From Eledone cirrhosa (Eukaryota), in contig OZ024766.1 of the NCBI GenBank assembly GCA_964016885.1, positions 15,004,001 through 15,068,000 of the forward strand: DNA of 64,000 nucleotides, given 5' to 3'. The notes beneath the pieces are model-generated. The model had not been told where the DNA came from. It did not search any database and worked only from the letters and a program-made list of their open reading frames with translations. The position numbers and the translations under genes were made by a program. Of this stretch, positions 13,097-26,100 are shown one piece after another. Each line of letters opens with the position of its first letter. The stretch's first letter is position 1.

Positions 13097-14499
13097 AGAT
13101 CGCGATGATCGCGAATGACCCACTTCCTTGAGAGTAACAATATGCTGAACTCCAACCAGCATGGATTCCGTAATGGAAGGGATTGCCTGACGCAACTACT
13201 GCATCACTTTGATGACATTTTGAGAGCCTTGGGAGAGGGTTCCAACACTGATGTTATCTACCTTGATTTCAGCAAGGCCTTTGACAGGGTTGATCATAAC
13301 ATTCTACTGAGAAAGCTGTCCAATATTGGTGTCACTGGAAAGCTGCTGCAGTGGATCAAGAGCTTCCTGTCAAACAGAACCCAACATGTTGTAGTTGAGG
13401 GAGTCAAATCAAGCCCAGCCAAAGTCAGTAGTGGAGTCCCACAAGGCACTGTGTTGGGCCCACTTCTCTTCATCATCTATATTAATGACATCACTGACAT
13501 CATCAAACACAGCAACATTAAAATTTTCGCTGATGATTCCAAGCTCCAAAAGGTCATCAATGGCGTGGATGACCGGATAAGCCTTCAGTCAGACCTACTG
13601 GCTGTTACCCAATGGGCAGAAAAGAACAACATGTTACTGAACGAAGACAAATTCGAACTGATCCACTTTGGAAAAGAGGATGCTCTGAAACTCCCGTACT
13701 CCCTTCCCTCCGGGGAAACTCTCGTGGCATCTAACAACATCAGAGACTTGGGAGTAACCGTGGACAGCAACATAAGCTGGACCACGCATATAAGCAGCAA
13801 AGTTGACATGGCCCGCAGAATGTGTTCCTGGATCCTCAGAACCTTCCAGTCGAGAGATTCCCGCACCATTATCCTTCTCTTCTCTACTTTCGCCCGACCA
13901 CACCTTGAATACTGTTGTCCACTGTGGTCTCCCCACACGAAACAAAGTATCATGAAACTTGAAGCTCCTCAAAGGGCAATCACGAAAAAGATAGATGGCA
14001 TGTCAGACCTTGACTACTGGGGTCGATTGGAAAACCTGAAACTTTACTCACTCCAACGTCGCCGTGAGCGTTATATTATCTGCATGATGTGGAAAATGTT
14101 CCATCATCACTGCCCAAATGATGTTGGCATCGCCTTCAAGATACACCCAAGGCTTGGGCCCCGTGCTATCCGTCCCATTCAAAAATCTAAATCGCAACTC
14201 ATAACAACAATACGGCACAATTATTTCACCTCAATCGGCCCTGCTCTCTTCAACATCACACCAGGACACGTCAAAACAGAAACTGACCACACAAAATTCA
14301 AGAAGTCTTTGGACAAATTCCTCCAAGTAATCCCGGACAAACCACCCACACCCGGATATGTCTCCGCAAACAGTAATTCTCTTCTCGAATGGGCCATGGT
14401 GCCCAAATCCTGAATTGAAAGACTTCGCCAGGTGGTGCTATTAAGTTAGACATGGCCTGGGCCAATACTGGCCAAAACATTTCAAAGTTATTCAAAGTT
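13097..14499 (+). mobile_element. CR1-like LINE, 5'-truncated copy 1
   Basis: Almost identical to 17476-18870; RT ORF 13115-14413; TA-rich flanks. Confidence 0.93.
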
Positions 14500-15011
14500 A
14501 TATATATACATGTATATATATATATATATATACATACATGTATATACATATATACACGTATGTATATATATACATGTATGTATATATATATACATATATA
14601 CATGTATATATATATATATACATGTAAATATATACATGTATATACATATATACATGTATATATATATATATATATATACATACATGTATATATATATATA
14701 CATGTATATATATATATGTATATATATACATACATGTATATATATATATACATGTATATATATATTTGAAAACTCGATCTGAACAACAGATTCAAAATAA
14801 ATTAAAGCAAATCGAAATTGCTTTTAAATTAATCAATAAACATTTGGATAAACTACGGTGTGTTTTCTCTTCGAATGCTGTCCAGCAGCAGCAACAACAA
14901 CAACAGTAGCTACAACGGCAACAACAACAACAGCTACAACAACAACATCAACAACAGCAACAACAACAACAACGACAACAACAGTGTGAACCACTCCTTG
15001 ATTCATCAACA

Positions 15012-15776
15012 ATGGCCGATCTACTAAATGAAACTATTGACCCCCCAGTAGCCTCTGTCTCACAGCATGAAACGCCACATCCTTTCTCTAGCCCAGCAGT
15101 CCAATCATCACCACTGCCAACATCTCTGCCTACTACTACTACTACTACTACAACATTTTTGTCTACTGCTATGTCAAGGAATTTACCTTCTAATACCAGA
15201 ACAAGAACTCTCCCTCCCACAGTCCACAAAGGTCGTCAAATCCTACCCAAACCATCATCTACACCTCTCACAACACACACACCCACATACCCACCCACTC
15301 GAAACCCCATCATTTGCCGCTACTCTCTACGCTATAGAATATGTACGGATAGTGGCTGCAAATTCACCCATTTACCTAGGACAAAACGATCTATCCCCAC
15401 AAACAGCCACCACCATAATACATACTCTAATTTAACACCAACACAACCACCAATAACTCAAACAAGGAATCCACAAATCTGCGGCTTTTCCCTGCGAGAC
15501 AGATTGTGTTTAGACCGGGATTGTCCCTTTACCCATCTCCCGGGGACCCGTCGGACAAATGAAAATAAAATTAAAAATAAAAGCAAAAACAAAAACCATA
15601 ACCTACATAAAAATAACCACTACCACAGTCACCAACAGTCTTCTAAACAGGAAACTTCTTCCTCTTTTTTAGCCATAATGAATCTGGCAAAAGAACTGGA
15701 AAAAAACATTCGAGCTATCACCCAGCACCACCCTCCACTATCACCCCACTGCACAAACTCCCATTGCTGCCATTAA
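15012..15776 (+). CDS. LINE ORF1 with two CCCH zinc fingers
   Basis: 254 aa; CRYSLRYRICTDSGCKFTH and CGFSLRDRLCLDRDCPFTH (C-x8-C-x4-C-x3-H). Confidence 0.8.
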   Translation: MADLLNETIDPPVASVSQHETPHPFSSPAVQSSPLPTSLPTTTTTTTTFLSTAMSRNLPSNTRTRTLPPTVHKGRQILPKPSSTPLTTHTPTYPPTRNPIICRYSLRYRICTDSGCKFTHLPRTKRSIPTNSHHHNTYSNLTPTQPPITQTRNPQICGFSLRDRLCLDRDCPFTHLPGTRRTNENKIKNKSKNKNHNLHKNNHYHSHQQSSKQETSSSFLAIMNLAKELEKNIRAITQHHPPLSPHCTNSHCCH

Positions 15777-18700
15777 CAAACAAACAAATTAACAACACAC
15801 CAAAACAATTAAAACCATCCACTCTCGCCTCTACATTTTTGCTTAACGCCCAAGGCATCAGCCCTTCCACCAATACTCAAAAATGGAAGATCAAATTCCT
15901 GGAGGACTGGATTGATGTCCATCCAAACTACATCCCTTTCTTCGTCCTCACTGAAACCCATCTCAGTAACCTCCACTTGGAAGCCGAGGTGAAAGTGAAA
16001 AATGTCAAAGCCATCCGTGCTGATCGCGCTGGCAGAAGAAAGGGCGGAACTGCCATTTATGTCCATAATTCTTTCTCAATAGAGGCTATGAACATATTCA
16101 CTAATGGATACTGTGAGGCAGTCACTGTATTCAGTCAAACCAACAACCTATTAGTAGTTGGGCTCTATAGGCCACCCCAAACGCCTGTACCATGCTTCAA
16201 GGAATGCCTCAACAGCATAAAGTGTTTCATCCAAGAGTGTCACCCTGACAACATCTTAATGATGGGGGACTTCAACCTCCCCGGAGTTGACTGGTCCACA
16301 AACAGCCTGCCACCAGGTTCTTCTGCCTCAACCTCTGACAGGGAAGCTGTGGAATCGCTTCTTGACTTCATGGATGATTTCTTCCTATCCCAACTGGTGC
16401 TCGAACCAACGAGGTGCCACAAAAACGTCCTAGACTTAATTTTCAGCAATCACACTGACAATATCCACAATATTGCAGTGGAGAAAACTCTACTCTCTGA
16501 TCATGACATGGTTCTCTGTGATCTGAGATTCCACCGTCCAATATACAAACCCAATGTCATCTCTCCTGTCCATCCGTTTGACGCTATGGATTTCCACAAT
16601 GCAAACTGGGAAGCGATCAGTCATGATCTTGCACATGTCGACTGGTCCTTCACGCACACTCATACACCCACTAACATCAAAAAGTCCTGGCAGACATTTG
16701 TGGACACTGTTACAAACATATGTGCTAAACACACCCCATTAAGAACTATAAACAAATCTAAGAGCAGAATCCCTAGAAATAGAAAAACGCTCATCAGAAA
16801 AATTAAGAGAACGAACAAAAAAATCAACAAGCTGAAATACTGTCAGCAGCAACACATCAACTTGACTGCCATTTCATCACTAGAGATTAAAAAACATAAC
16901 CTCCAAAACAACATAATGTCCCTCATCAACAATCAGAGAAGAGCTGAAGAGGCCTGGGCCATTGAGAAGATCAAACTCAATCCCAAAGTGTTCTTTTCAT
17001 TTGCAAAAAAACACAAAATCACTGGCTCTACTGTTGGCCCTCTAATTGATGAAAATGGCACTCTTCAAGACAATGCTAAAACCATGGGTGAGATACTGCA
17101 GAAACAATACTGCTCTGTTTTCAGCAATCCTGATATGGCCGATCTGGGCTGTATCGGCGATGTTACTCCCCATTACACCTTATCGGACATAACGTTTGGC
17201 GCCCCTGATGTCTTGGCGGCAATAAAGGAAATCAAGCATAATTCAGCAGTAGGTCCCGATAGGTTCCCTGCTTGTGTCTTGAAGGCGTGTCAACACCAAC
17301 TTGCATCTCCTCTTGCCAATCTGTGGCGGAACTCACTGGATGCTGGATATGTGCCAGAAAACCTTCTATCCCAGTCTGTTGTCCCAGTTTTCAAAAAGGG
17401 AAACAAATCCCTTGCCGTGAATTACCGTCCAATCTCACTCACCTCTCATATCATTAAGGTATTTGAGAGAGTGGTGAGATCGCGAATGACCCACTTCCTT
17501 GAGAGTAACAATATGCTGAACTCCAACCAGCATGGATTCCGTAATGGAAGGGATTGCCTGACGCAGCTACTGCATCACTTTGATGACATTTTGAGAGCCT
17601 TGGGAGAGGGTTCCAACACTGATGTTATCTACCTTGATTTCAGCAAGGCCTTTGACAGGGTTGATCATAACATTCTACTGAGAAAGCTGTCCAATATTGG
17701 TGTCACTGGAAAGCTGCTGCAGTGGATCAAGAGCTTCCTGTCAAACAGAACCCAACATGTTGTAGTTGAGGTAGTCAAATCAAGCCCAGCCAAAGTCAGT
17801 AGTGGGGTCCCACAAGGCACTGTGTTGGGCCCACTTCTCTTCATCATCTATATTAATGACATCACTGACATCATCAAACACAGCAACATTAAAATTTTCG
17901 CTGATGATTCCAAGCTCCAAAAGGTCATCAATGGCGTGGATGACCGGATAGGCCTTCAGTCAGACCTACTGGCTGTTACCCAATGGGCAGAAAAGAACAA
18001 CATGTTACTGAACGAAGACAAATTCGAACTGATCCACTTTGGAAAAGAGGATGCTCTGAAACTCCCGTACTCCCTTCCCTCCGGGGAAACTCTCGTGACA
18101 TCTAACAACATCAGAGACTTGGGAGTAACCGTGGACAGCAACATAAGCTGGACCACGCATATAAGCAGCAAAGTTGACATGGCCCGCAGAATGTGTTCCT
18201 GGATCCTCAGAACCTTCCAGTCGAGAGATTCCCGCACCATTATCCTTCTCTTCTCTACTTTTGCCCGACCACACCTTGAATACTGTTGTCCACTGTGGTC
18301 TCCCCACACGAAACAAAGTATCATGAAACTTGAAGCTCCTCAAAGGGCAATCACGAAAAAGATAGATGGCATGTCAGACCTTGACTACTGGGGTCGATTA
18401 GAAAACCTGAAACTTTACTCACTCCAACATCGCCGTGAGCGTTATATTATCTGCATGATGTGGAAAATGTTCCATCATCACTGCCCAAATGATGTTGGCA
18501 TCGCCTTCAAGATACACCCAAGGCTTGGGCCCCGTGCTATCCGTCCCATTCAAAAATCTAAATCGCAACTCATAACAACAATACGGCACAATTATTTCAC
18601 CTCAATCGGCCCTGCTCTCTTCAACATCACACCAGGACACGTCAAAACAGAAACTGACCACACAAAATTCAAGAAGTCTTTGGACAAATTCCTCCAAGTA

Positions 18701-18784
18701 ATCCCGGACAAACCACCCACACCCGGATATGTCTCCGCAAACAGTAATTCTCTTCTCGAATGGGCCATGGTGCCCAAATCCTGA
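15764..18784 (+). CDS. LINE ORF2: APE endonuclease plus reverse transcriptase
   Basis: 1006 aa uninterrupted; LTETHL, MGDFN, LDLIF, SDH; [33 protein letters not shown]. No ATG start. Confidence 0.95.
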   Translation: MLPLTNKQINNTPKQLKPSTLASTFLLNAQGISPSTNTQKWKIKFLEDWIDVHPNYIPFFVLTETHLSNLHLEAEVKVKNVKAIRADRAGRRKGGTAIYVHNSFSIEAMNIFTNGYCEAVTVFSQTNNLLVVGLYRPPQTPVPCFKECLNSIKCFIQECHPDNILMMGDFNLPGVDWSTNSLPPGSSASTSDREAVESLLDFMDDFFLSQLVLEPTRCHKNVLDLIFSNHTDNIHNIAVEKTLLSDHDMVLCDLRFHRPIYKPNVISPVHPFDAMDFHNANWEAISHDLAHVDWSFTHTHTPTNIKKSWQTFVDTVTNICAKHTPLRTINKSKSRIPRNRKTLIRKIKRTNKKINKLKYCQQQHINLTAISSLEIKKHNLQNNIMSLINNQRRAEEAWAIEKIKLNPKVFFSFAKKHKITGSTVGPLIDENGTLQDNAKTMGEILQKQYCSVFSNPDMADLGCIGDVTPHYTLSDITFGAPDVLAAIKEIKHNSAVGPDRFPACVLKACQHQLASPLANLWRNSLDAGYVPENLLSQSVVPVFKKGNKSLAVNYRPISLTSHIIKVFERVVRSRMTHFLESNNMLNSNQHGFRNGRDCLTQLLHHFDDILRALGEGSNTDVIYLDFSKAFDRVDHNILLRKLSNIGVTGKLLQWIKSFLSNRTQHVVVEVVKSSPAKVSSGVPQGTVLGPLLFIIYINDITDIIKHSNIKIFADDSKLQKVINGVDDRIGLQSDLLAVTQWAEKNNMLLNEDKFELIHFGKEDALKLPYSLPSGETLVTSNNIRDLGVTVDSNISWTTHISSKVDMARRMCSWILRTFQSRDSRTIILLFSTFARPHLEYCCPLWSPHTKQSIMKLEAPQRAITKKIDGMSDLDYWGRLENLKLYSLQHRRERYIICMMWKMFHHHCPNDVGIAFKIHPRLGPRAIRPIQKSKSQLITTIRHNYFTSIGPALFNITPGHVKTETDHTKFKKSLDKFLQVIPDKPPTPGYVSANSNSLLEWAMVPKS

Positions 18785-19202
18785 ATTGAAAGACTTCGCC
18801 AGGTGGTGCTATTAAGTTAGACATGGCCTGGGCCAATACTGGCCAAAACATTTCAAAGTTATTCAAAGTTATATATATATATGTATATATATACATACAT
18901 GTATATATAAATATATATATATATACATACATGTATATATATACATGTATATATATATATGTATATATATATACATACATGTATATATATATATATATAT
19001 ACATACATGTATATATATATATATATACATACATGTATATATATATATATATACATACATGTATATATATATATATATATACATGTATGTATATATATAT
19101 ATATATACATGTATATATATATATACACATGTATATATATATATACATGTATATATATATATATATACGTATATATATATATATATATACATGTATATTA
19201 TA

Positions 19203-20241
19203 CTAGCAGTAAAGCCCGGCGTTGCTCGGGGTCGCTCAGTAGCTGTGTTAAAGTTACAATGTTAAGTTTCTTTATTGGCTTAAAAACTGTAATGTCTACT
19301 GTGCAGACTTGCATGTGGTGTTTTTGATTAATATTCCCTCAACCAACAATATGCCTTATGAAGTTAAGAAAACATAACGATAACCCGAATGTTATAACAA
19401 AAGAGGATGCTGGGGATAAAAACTGCACTGGTTATTTATTAACAAAGATCGAAAATGTAAACACTGCAACGCAGAGAAAAACATTAGCGTAACCAAATTA
19501 TCAGTTATGTCTGTCTGCACGCCTATATCACCTCTCTGCACGACTGTCTGTCTGCACGCCTATATCACCTCTCTGCACGACTGTCTGTCTGCACGCCTAT
19601 ATCACCTCACTGCACGACTGTCTGTCTGCACGCCTATATCACCTCTCTGCACGACTGTCTGTCTGCACGCCTATATCACCTCTCTGCACGACTGTCTGTC
19701 TGCACGACTGTCTGTCTGCACGCCTAACGAAATTTACAGACACATATATTTTAAATAAACTTATATAATTTTTGCTTTTTTTTACGAAATATTTGCTTGT
19801 TTTACGTAGTCTTTAAATAGACTTGTTTTCAAGTAAAAATATTGTTTTAAAATGCTTTTAAATGGAAATGAAGCAAAACGGAAGCTTAGTGTTCGAACTG
19901 ATGAATTTTGCAGGTCAATATTTTGCTGGCTCGACAACTGTTCATGTATTGTGTTAATGTCATTTTAAACGCTGAGAAAGCCAGCGTAATTTTTTACGTA
20001 AGACGCTCAATGTAAACAGAATAAAAGGAAATAACTGATAACTTACGCTCAAAAATCGATACATTATATTCGATTTCGTCACATAGGGTGGGTCAATTTG
20101 AAATATTTTTTTTCCGATGTCTTCGCTAGGGCTCAATGTACAAGTATAGCAATTTCGGTGCAATTCCGTCAGAGATTCTAAGAGGAGATGTGTGCCAAAA
20201 ATCGATAGACAGACAGACAACCACAGTTTTATATATATAGA
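19203..20241 (-). mobile_element. Non-autonomous Helitron, complete
   Basis: Minus strand begins TC(tatatatataaaac) and ends with a cccg...cggg hairpin followed by CTAG; inserted between A and T; carries a 37-bp minisatellite. Confidence 0.85.
19508..19725. repeat. 37-bp minisatellite inside the Helitron, 5 copies plus partials
   Basis: Unit tgtctgtctgcacgcctatatcacctctctgcacgac. Confidence 0.95.
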
Positions 20242-20264
20242 TATATACATATATATATATATAT

Positions 20265-20353
<89 letters not shown>

Positions 20354-20453
20354 TACATGTATATATATATATGTATATATATAATCAAGGTTTAGCAAAT
20401 AATGAAAACGTTTCAAAATAAATTTTAAAAAATTAACTTTACTTACTATAGTT

Positions 20454-20537
20454 ACCTTTACCGAATCGGTTTCGAATCTCAAAAATAAACGGAGACCATA
20501 CGGCCTTCGTTGCAAAGAAAGATTCTCGTCAGAAGGT
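20454..20537 (-). ncRNA. Type I hammerhead ribozyme, intact core with extended stem II
   Basis: Minus strand: acctt CTGACGA gaatctt...gagattc GAAA ccg-att-cgg TA aaggt. All three stems pair; GUA cleavage site at 20459/20458. Confidence 0.88.
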
Positions 20538-20587
20538 TCTTTATACATGTATATATATACATGTATATATATATATATATATATATG

Positions 20588-21206
20588 TCTCTACTTTTGC
20601 CCGACCACACCTTGAATACTGTTGTCCACTGTGGTCTCCCCAAACGAAACAAAGTATCATGAAACTTGAAGCTCTCCAAAGGGCAATCACGAAAAAGATA
20701 GATGGCATGTCAGACCTTGACTACTGGGGTCGACTAGAAAAGCTGAAACTTTACTCACTCCAACGTCGCCGTGAGCGTTATATTATCTGCATGATGTGGA
20801 AAATGTTCCATCATCACTGCCCAAATGATGTTGGCATCACCTTCAAAATACACCCAAGGCTTGGGCCCCATGCTATCCGTCCCAAACAAAAATCTAAATC
20901 GCAACTCATAACAACAATACGGCACAATTATTTCACCTCAATTGGCCCTGCTCTCTTCAACATCACACCAGGACACGTCAGTACAGAAACTGACCACACA
21001 AAATTCAAGAAGTCTTTGGACAAATTCCTCCAAGTAATCCTGGACAAACCACCCACACCCGGATATGTCTCCGCAAACAGTAATTCTCTTCTCGAATGGG
21101 CCATGGTGCCCAAATCCTGAATTGAAAGACTTCGCCAGGTGGTGCTATTAAGTTAGACATGGCCTGGGCCAATACTGGCCAAAACATTTCAAAGTTATTC
21201 AAAGTT
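20588..21206 (+). mobile_element. CR1-like LINE, 5'-truncated copy 3
   Basis: Near-identical to 18252-18870 with the same 3' terminus. Confidence 0.92.
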
Positions 21207-21292
21207 ATACATGTATATATATATGTGTATATATACATGTTTATATATATGTATATATATATATACATGTATATACATGTATATATATGTAT

Positions 21293-21323
<31 letters not shown>

Positions 21324-21353
21324 CATGTGTATATATATATATATATATATACA

Positions 21354-21535
<182 letters not shown>

Positions 21536-21579
21536 CATACATATATATATATACATACATATATATATATACATACATA

Positions 21580-21615
<36 letters not shown>

Positions 21616-21620
21616 CATAC

Positions 21621-21655
<35 letters not shown>

Positions 21656-21782
21656 CATACATATATATATATATATACATACATATATATATATATATAT
21701 ATACATACATATATATACATATATATATATATATATACATACATATATATATATATATACATACATATATATATATACATAC

Positions 21783-21817
<35 letters not shown>

Positions 21818-21912
21818 CATACATATATATATATATATACATACATATATATACATATATACATACATATATATACATATATACATACATATATATACAT
21901 ATATATATATAT

Positions 21913-22035
<123 letters not shown>

Positions 22036-22137
22036 CATGTATATATATATACATATATATATATACATGTATATATATATACATATATATACATGTATAT
22101 ATATATACATATATATATATACATATATATATATACA

Positions 22138-22346
22138 TATGGTGGCTGCCAACTCGTTTTCGAGTACGGCCACTACTTTATATCCATGTAGGAGAACTCC
22201 TACCGATGCGCTGAACGAGTGTGACTTTTTAGTCCAGCCAGCGACTTGAAAACTCTGGTACAAACACTACACCTGTGACAATTATTGACACATAGTGCTG
22301 GGCCCATGGTACCATGTGAGGACAAGTGCAGAGAGATCTCCAGATC
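22138..22346 (-). mobile_element. 3' end of a BovB-like RTE LINE with terminal C2H2 finger
   Basis: [22 protein letters not shown] then a stop, short 3' UTR with a ctcg-aaaa-cgag hairpin, then TA repeats. Confidence 0.65.
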
Positions 22347-22559
22347 ATATATACATATATATATATACATATATATATATACATGTATATATATATACAT
22401 ATATATATATATACATGTATATATATATACATATATATATATATATACATGTATATATATATACATATATATATATACATATATATATACATGTATATCT
22501 ATATACATATATATATATATACATGTATATATATATACATATATATATATATATACATG

Positions 22560-22609
<50 letters not shown>

Positions 22610-23005
22610 CATGTATATATATATATATATATGGAGGCACATGGCTTAGTGGTTTGAGCATTGGCCTTGCCATCGAAAGGTTGTGAGTTCAATTCTCAGA
22701 CTGGATGATGTGTTGTTTCCTTGAGCAAGACACTTTATTTCACATTGCTCCAGTTTACTCAGCTGCAGAAATGAGATGATAGGACTGGGGTCCCTATCAT
22801 TGCCCTGCAAAGTGGTCGTGGAGGTGCCACGGCAAAAAAGCACCCAGCACTCACTGTAAATGAGGTTGGTGTTAGGAAGGGCATCCAGCTGTAGAAATCA
22901 AGCCAGAATCAGTTCCCGTCCCACCCTTGCAAGCAGGGTAAAAGCGGACGTAAAATGAATACATATACATGTATATATATATACATGTATATATATATAT
23001 ACATG

Positions 23006-23048
<43 letters not shown>

Positions 23049-23189
23049 GTATATATATATATCTATATATATATATACATGTATGTATATATACATGTAT
23101 ATACATATCTATATATATATATGCATGTATGTATATATACATGTGTATATATATATATATATACATGTATGTATATACGCATGTATAAA

Positions 23190-26100
23190 TGTCTAATTAC
23201 GGGGGACTAAACCCCAGAATTTGTCTACTATTATTGATGGTCGCTTGTTCAGTTTTCTTCTACGAAATGTAACGTACATATTTCATTTTCTTCTCAATTC
23301 TCCACATTCGGTTCATTCATCTATATATCTTACAATCCCCCAATCGTATTCAAAATTGGCTTTCTATAATTCTGTTCTGTCTCACCGTTGTTCTAAAAAT
23401 AATTCTGCTCCTCGCAAACTACCCCTCCCGCCCCCACTCTCCACCTTATTATTTGGACCAATCACAAGTAAACGACCTATGCTAGCACCTCTGGTTGCTT
23501 TTTCGATATGATGGATGAACTAGGGAATTTCTGGAGAGTCAGAAGAATCTGGACACCCGAAGACAATGCAAAAGATAACGACAAATTCACCTCATGCTGC
23601 CAGACGAAAGGGCAAAGCCCCACCCTCTTTGTTGCAGCCGCGGATGGCCAACATAACCCCAACCCCATCAACCTCACCCCTCCCTGCACCCCACCCACCA
23701 AACGCAATCCAAAACTTCACAGTTGGTACCATGAATGTAGGGACCTTAAAAGGCCGCTCAAACGAGGTTGTAGAAATGCTTGAACGTAAGGAGGTTGATG
23801 TCTGCTGCATCCAAGAGACCAGGTGGAGGGGCGGGTCTGCTAGATTCATTGTGGGTAAAAAACGATGCTATAAGTTTTTCTGGGTGGGCAATGACAATGG
23901 GCTGGGTGGGGTAGGATTCATGTTAGCAGAAAAATGGGTGGATAAGATAATAGAGGTAAATAGAGTAAACGACAGAATAATTAAAATAAGACTTGTTCTA
24001 AATAGAACTACTGTGACGATAATATCTGCGTACGCGCTTCAATCCGGACTGCCTGGCGCTATAAAAGACACTTTCTATGAGACACTGATGCTCGCTACCT
24101 CCCAAATAACTGACAGTGACTATATAATTATTGCTGGCGACCTAAATGGTCACGTTGGACAACATTGTGACGGCTATGATGAAATCCATGGAGGCTATGG
24201 GTTTGGTACTAGAAATGAGGAAGGCTCCAGAATCCTGGAATTCTGTGACGCAAATAACCTAACAATCTGTAACACTAACTTCAAAAAACGAGACAATCAC
24301 TTGATCACCTACAGATCAGGGGAACATACCAGCCAGGTAGATTATATCCTTACCACAAGACGTGACAGAGTGACTGTTGTAAACACTAAATCCCTCCCCC
24401 ATGAAGAATGCACCTCCCAACATAGACTGATAATTAGCGACCTCATAGTCAGGACGAGATGTACTCGACAGCAGAAGAGGACTATCCTCAGGAGAAAAAT
24501 ATGGAAGCTAAAGGACCCCACAGCCAGAAATAAATTTCAAAGCATATTACTTGATGCTTTCGACAGTAAGGAAGAGCATTTAGAGTCGTACAATATAGAG
24601 GAACAGTGGGAATTCCTGAAAGCAAACCTGCTGATGGCGGCAGACGAAGTCTGTGGCCGGAGCAGGCCTATAGGCAGGAGGAGAGTAACATGGTGGTGGG
24701 ACAGTAAGGTGGAGGAGTCGATTAAGGCCAAAAAGCAGGCTTGGAAAGTATGGCGGGATGGGGGAAGTAGAGAAGACTATCAAGTGGCCAGGAGGGAAGC
24801 TAGGAGACAAGTGTACTTCGCAAGAAGGGAAGCAGAGGAAAGAAAGTTCAACCATGTTCTACAACGCGAGGACCAAAAACGTGAGGTGTTCAGGATTGCT
24901 AGACAATGTGTCAAGGAAAACCGTGATATTGTTGGGGAGAAGTGTGTACTTAATGTTGATGGTGTACTTGCCATCACTGACGCTGATAAGAAGGTCGCAT
25001 GGAAGTGTCACTACGAGAGGCTACTAAATGAGGAGAATAAATGGGAGAAGGATAGTCTCCCCCAGATCGATCCAATAGAGGGACCAGCAATGTTAGTTGA
25101 AGGTAGTATAATAAGTAAGGCAATCAAAGATATGAAGACGCGTAAGGCGGCTGGGCCTTCGGAAATAGTTGCTGAGATGCTGAAGGCCTCTGGAATGGTG
25201 GGACACACCATGGTCACCCAGATAGTAAACCAAGTCATACAGAATGGGGTTGTTCCGAAGGACTGGCGTAGCAGCATCATCATTAACTGTTACAAGGGTA
25301 AAGGAGACGCCCTAGATAGGAGTAACTATAGAGGCATTAAATTAATCGACCAGGTCATGAAGGTCACGGAAAAAGTAATAGTGCAACTAATCAGAGAGAG
25401 AATCGATCTAGATGAAATGCAATTCGGGTTTGTGTCAGGCAAAAGTACCACAGACGCTTTTTTCATTGTACGACAACTACAGGAGAAGTACCTAGCTAAA
25501 AGTAAACCCCTATACTTAGCCTTTGTCGACTTGGAGAAAGACTTCGACAGAGTCCCCCGTTCCATTATCTGGTGGGCTCTTAGAAAACTAGGTGTTGATG
25601 AATGGCTTGTGAGAGCTATACCAGCCATGTATAAAGAAAAAGTCAGCAAGGTTAGAATTAACAACGAATATAGTAAAGAGTTTAGCATAAAAGTGGGTGT
25701 TCATCAGGGCTCCGTTCTTAGTCCCCTACTATTTATTATTGCCCTTCAGGCTATAACAGTGGAGTTCAAGACCGGCTGCCCATGGGAACTCCTATACGCA
25801 GATGATCTAACGCTCATAGCTGAATCAATGGCCGAGCTAGAGAAAAAATTCCAAACATGGAAGCACGGCCTAGAATCAAAAGGCCTTAAAATTAACCTAG
25901 CTAAGACTAAAGTTCTAGTTTGTAGGAAAGAAAATAAGGCGCCGGTCCCTTCCGGGAAATGGCCATGCTCAGTGTGTAGGAAAGGCGTAGGTAGAAACTC
26001 CCTTTTATGTCCCAAATGCAAAGTATGGGTGCATAAAAGATGTAGTGGGATCACAGGTAAGCTAACTAAGAACACAGATTTTACATGTGGCCGGTGCTCT

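Larger units (their letters stand above)
14766..18870 (+). mobile_element. CR1-like LINE, full length, both ORFs open
   Basis: 5' UTR with (CAA)n, ORF1, ORF2 and a short 3' UTR ending ttcaaagtta-ttcaaagtt followed by TA repeats. Confidence 0.93.

Noticed and set aside
13585-18343. Antisense ORFs over LINE coding regions
   Set aside because: Shadow frames with no independent motif support.
22632-22700. tRNA gene
   Set aside because: A tRNA-like SINE head without a complete cloverleaf, continuing into SINE body.
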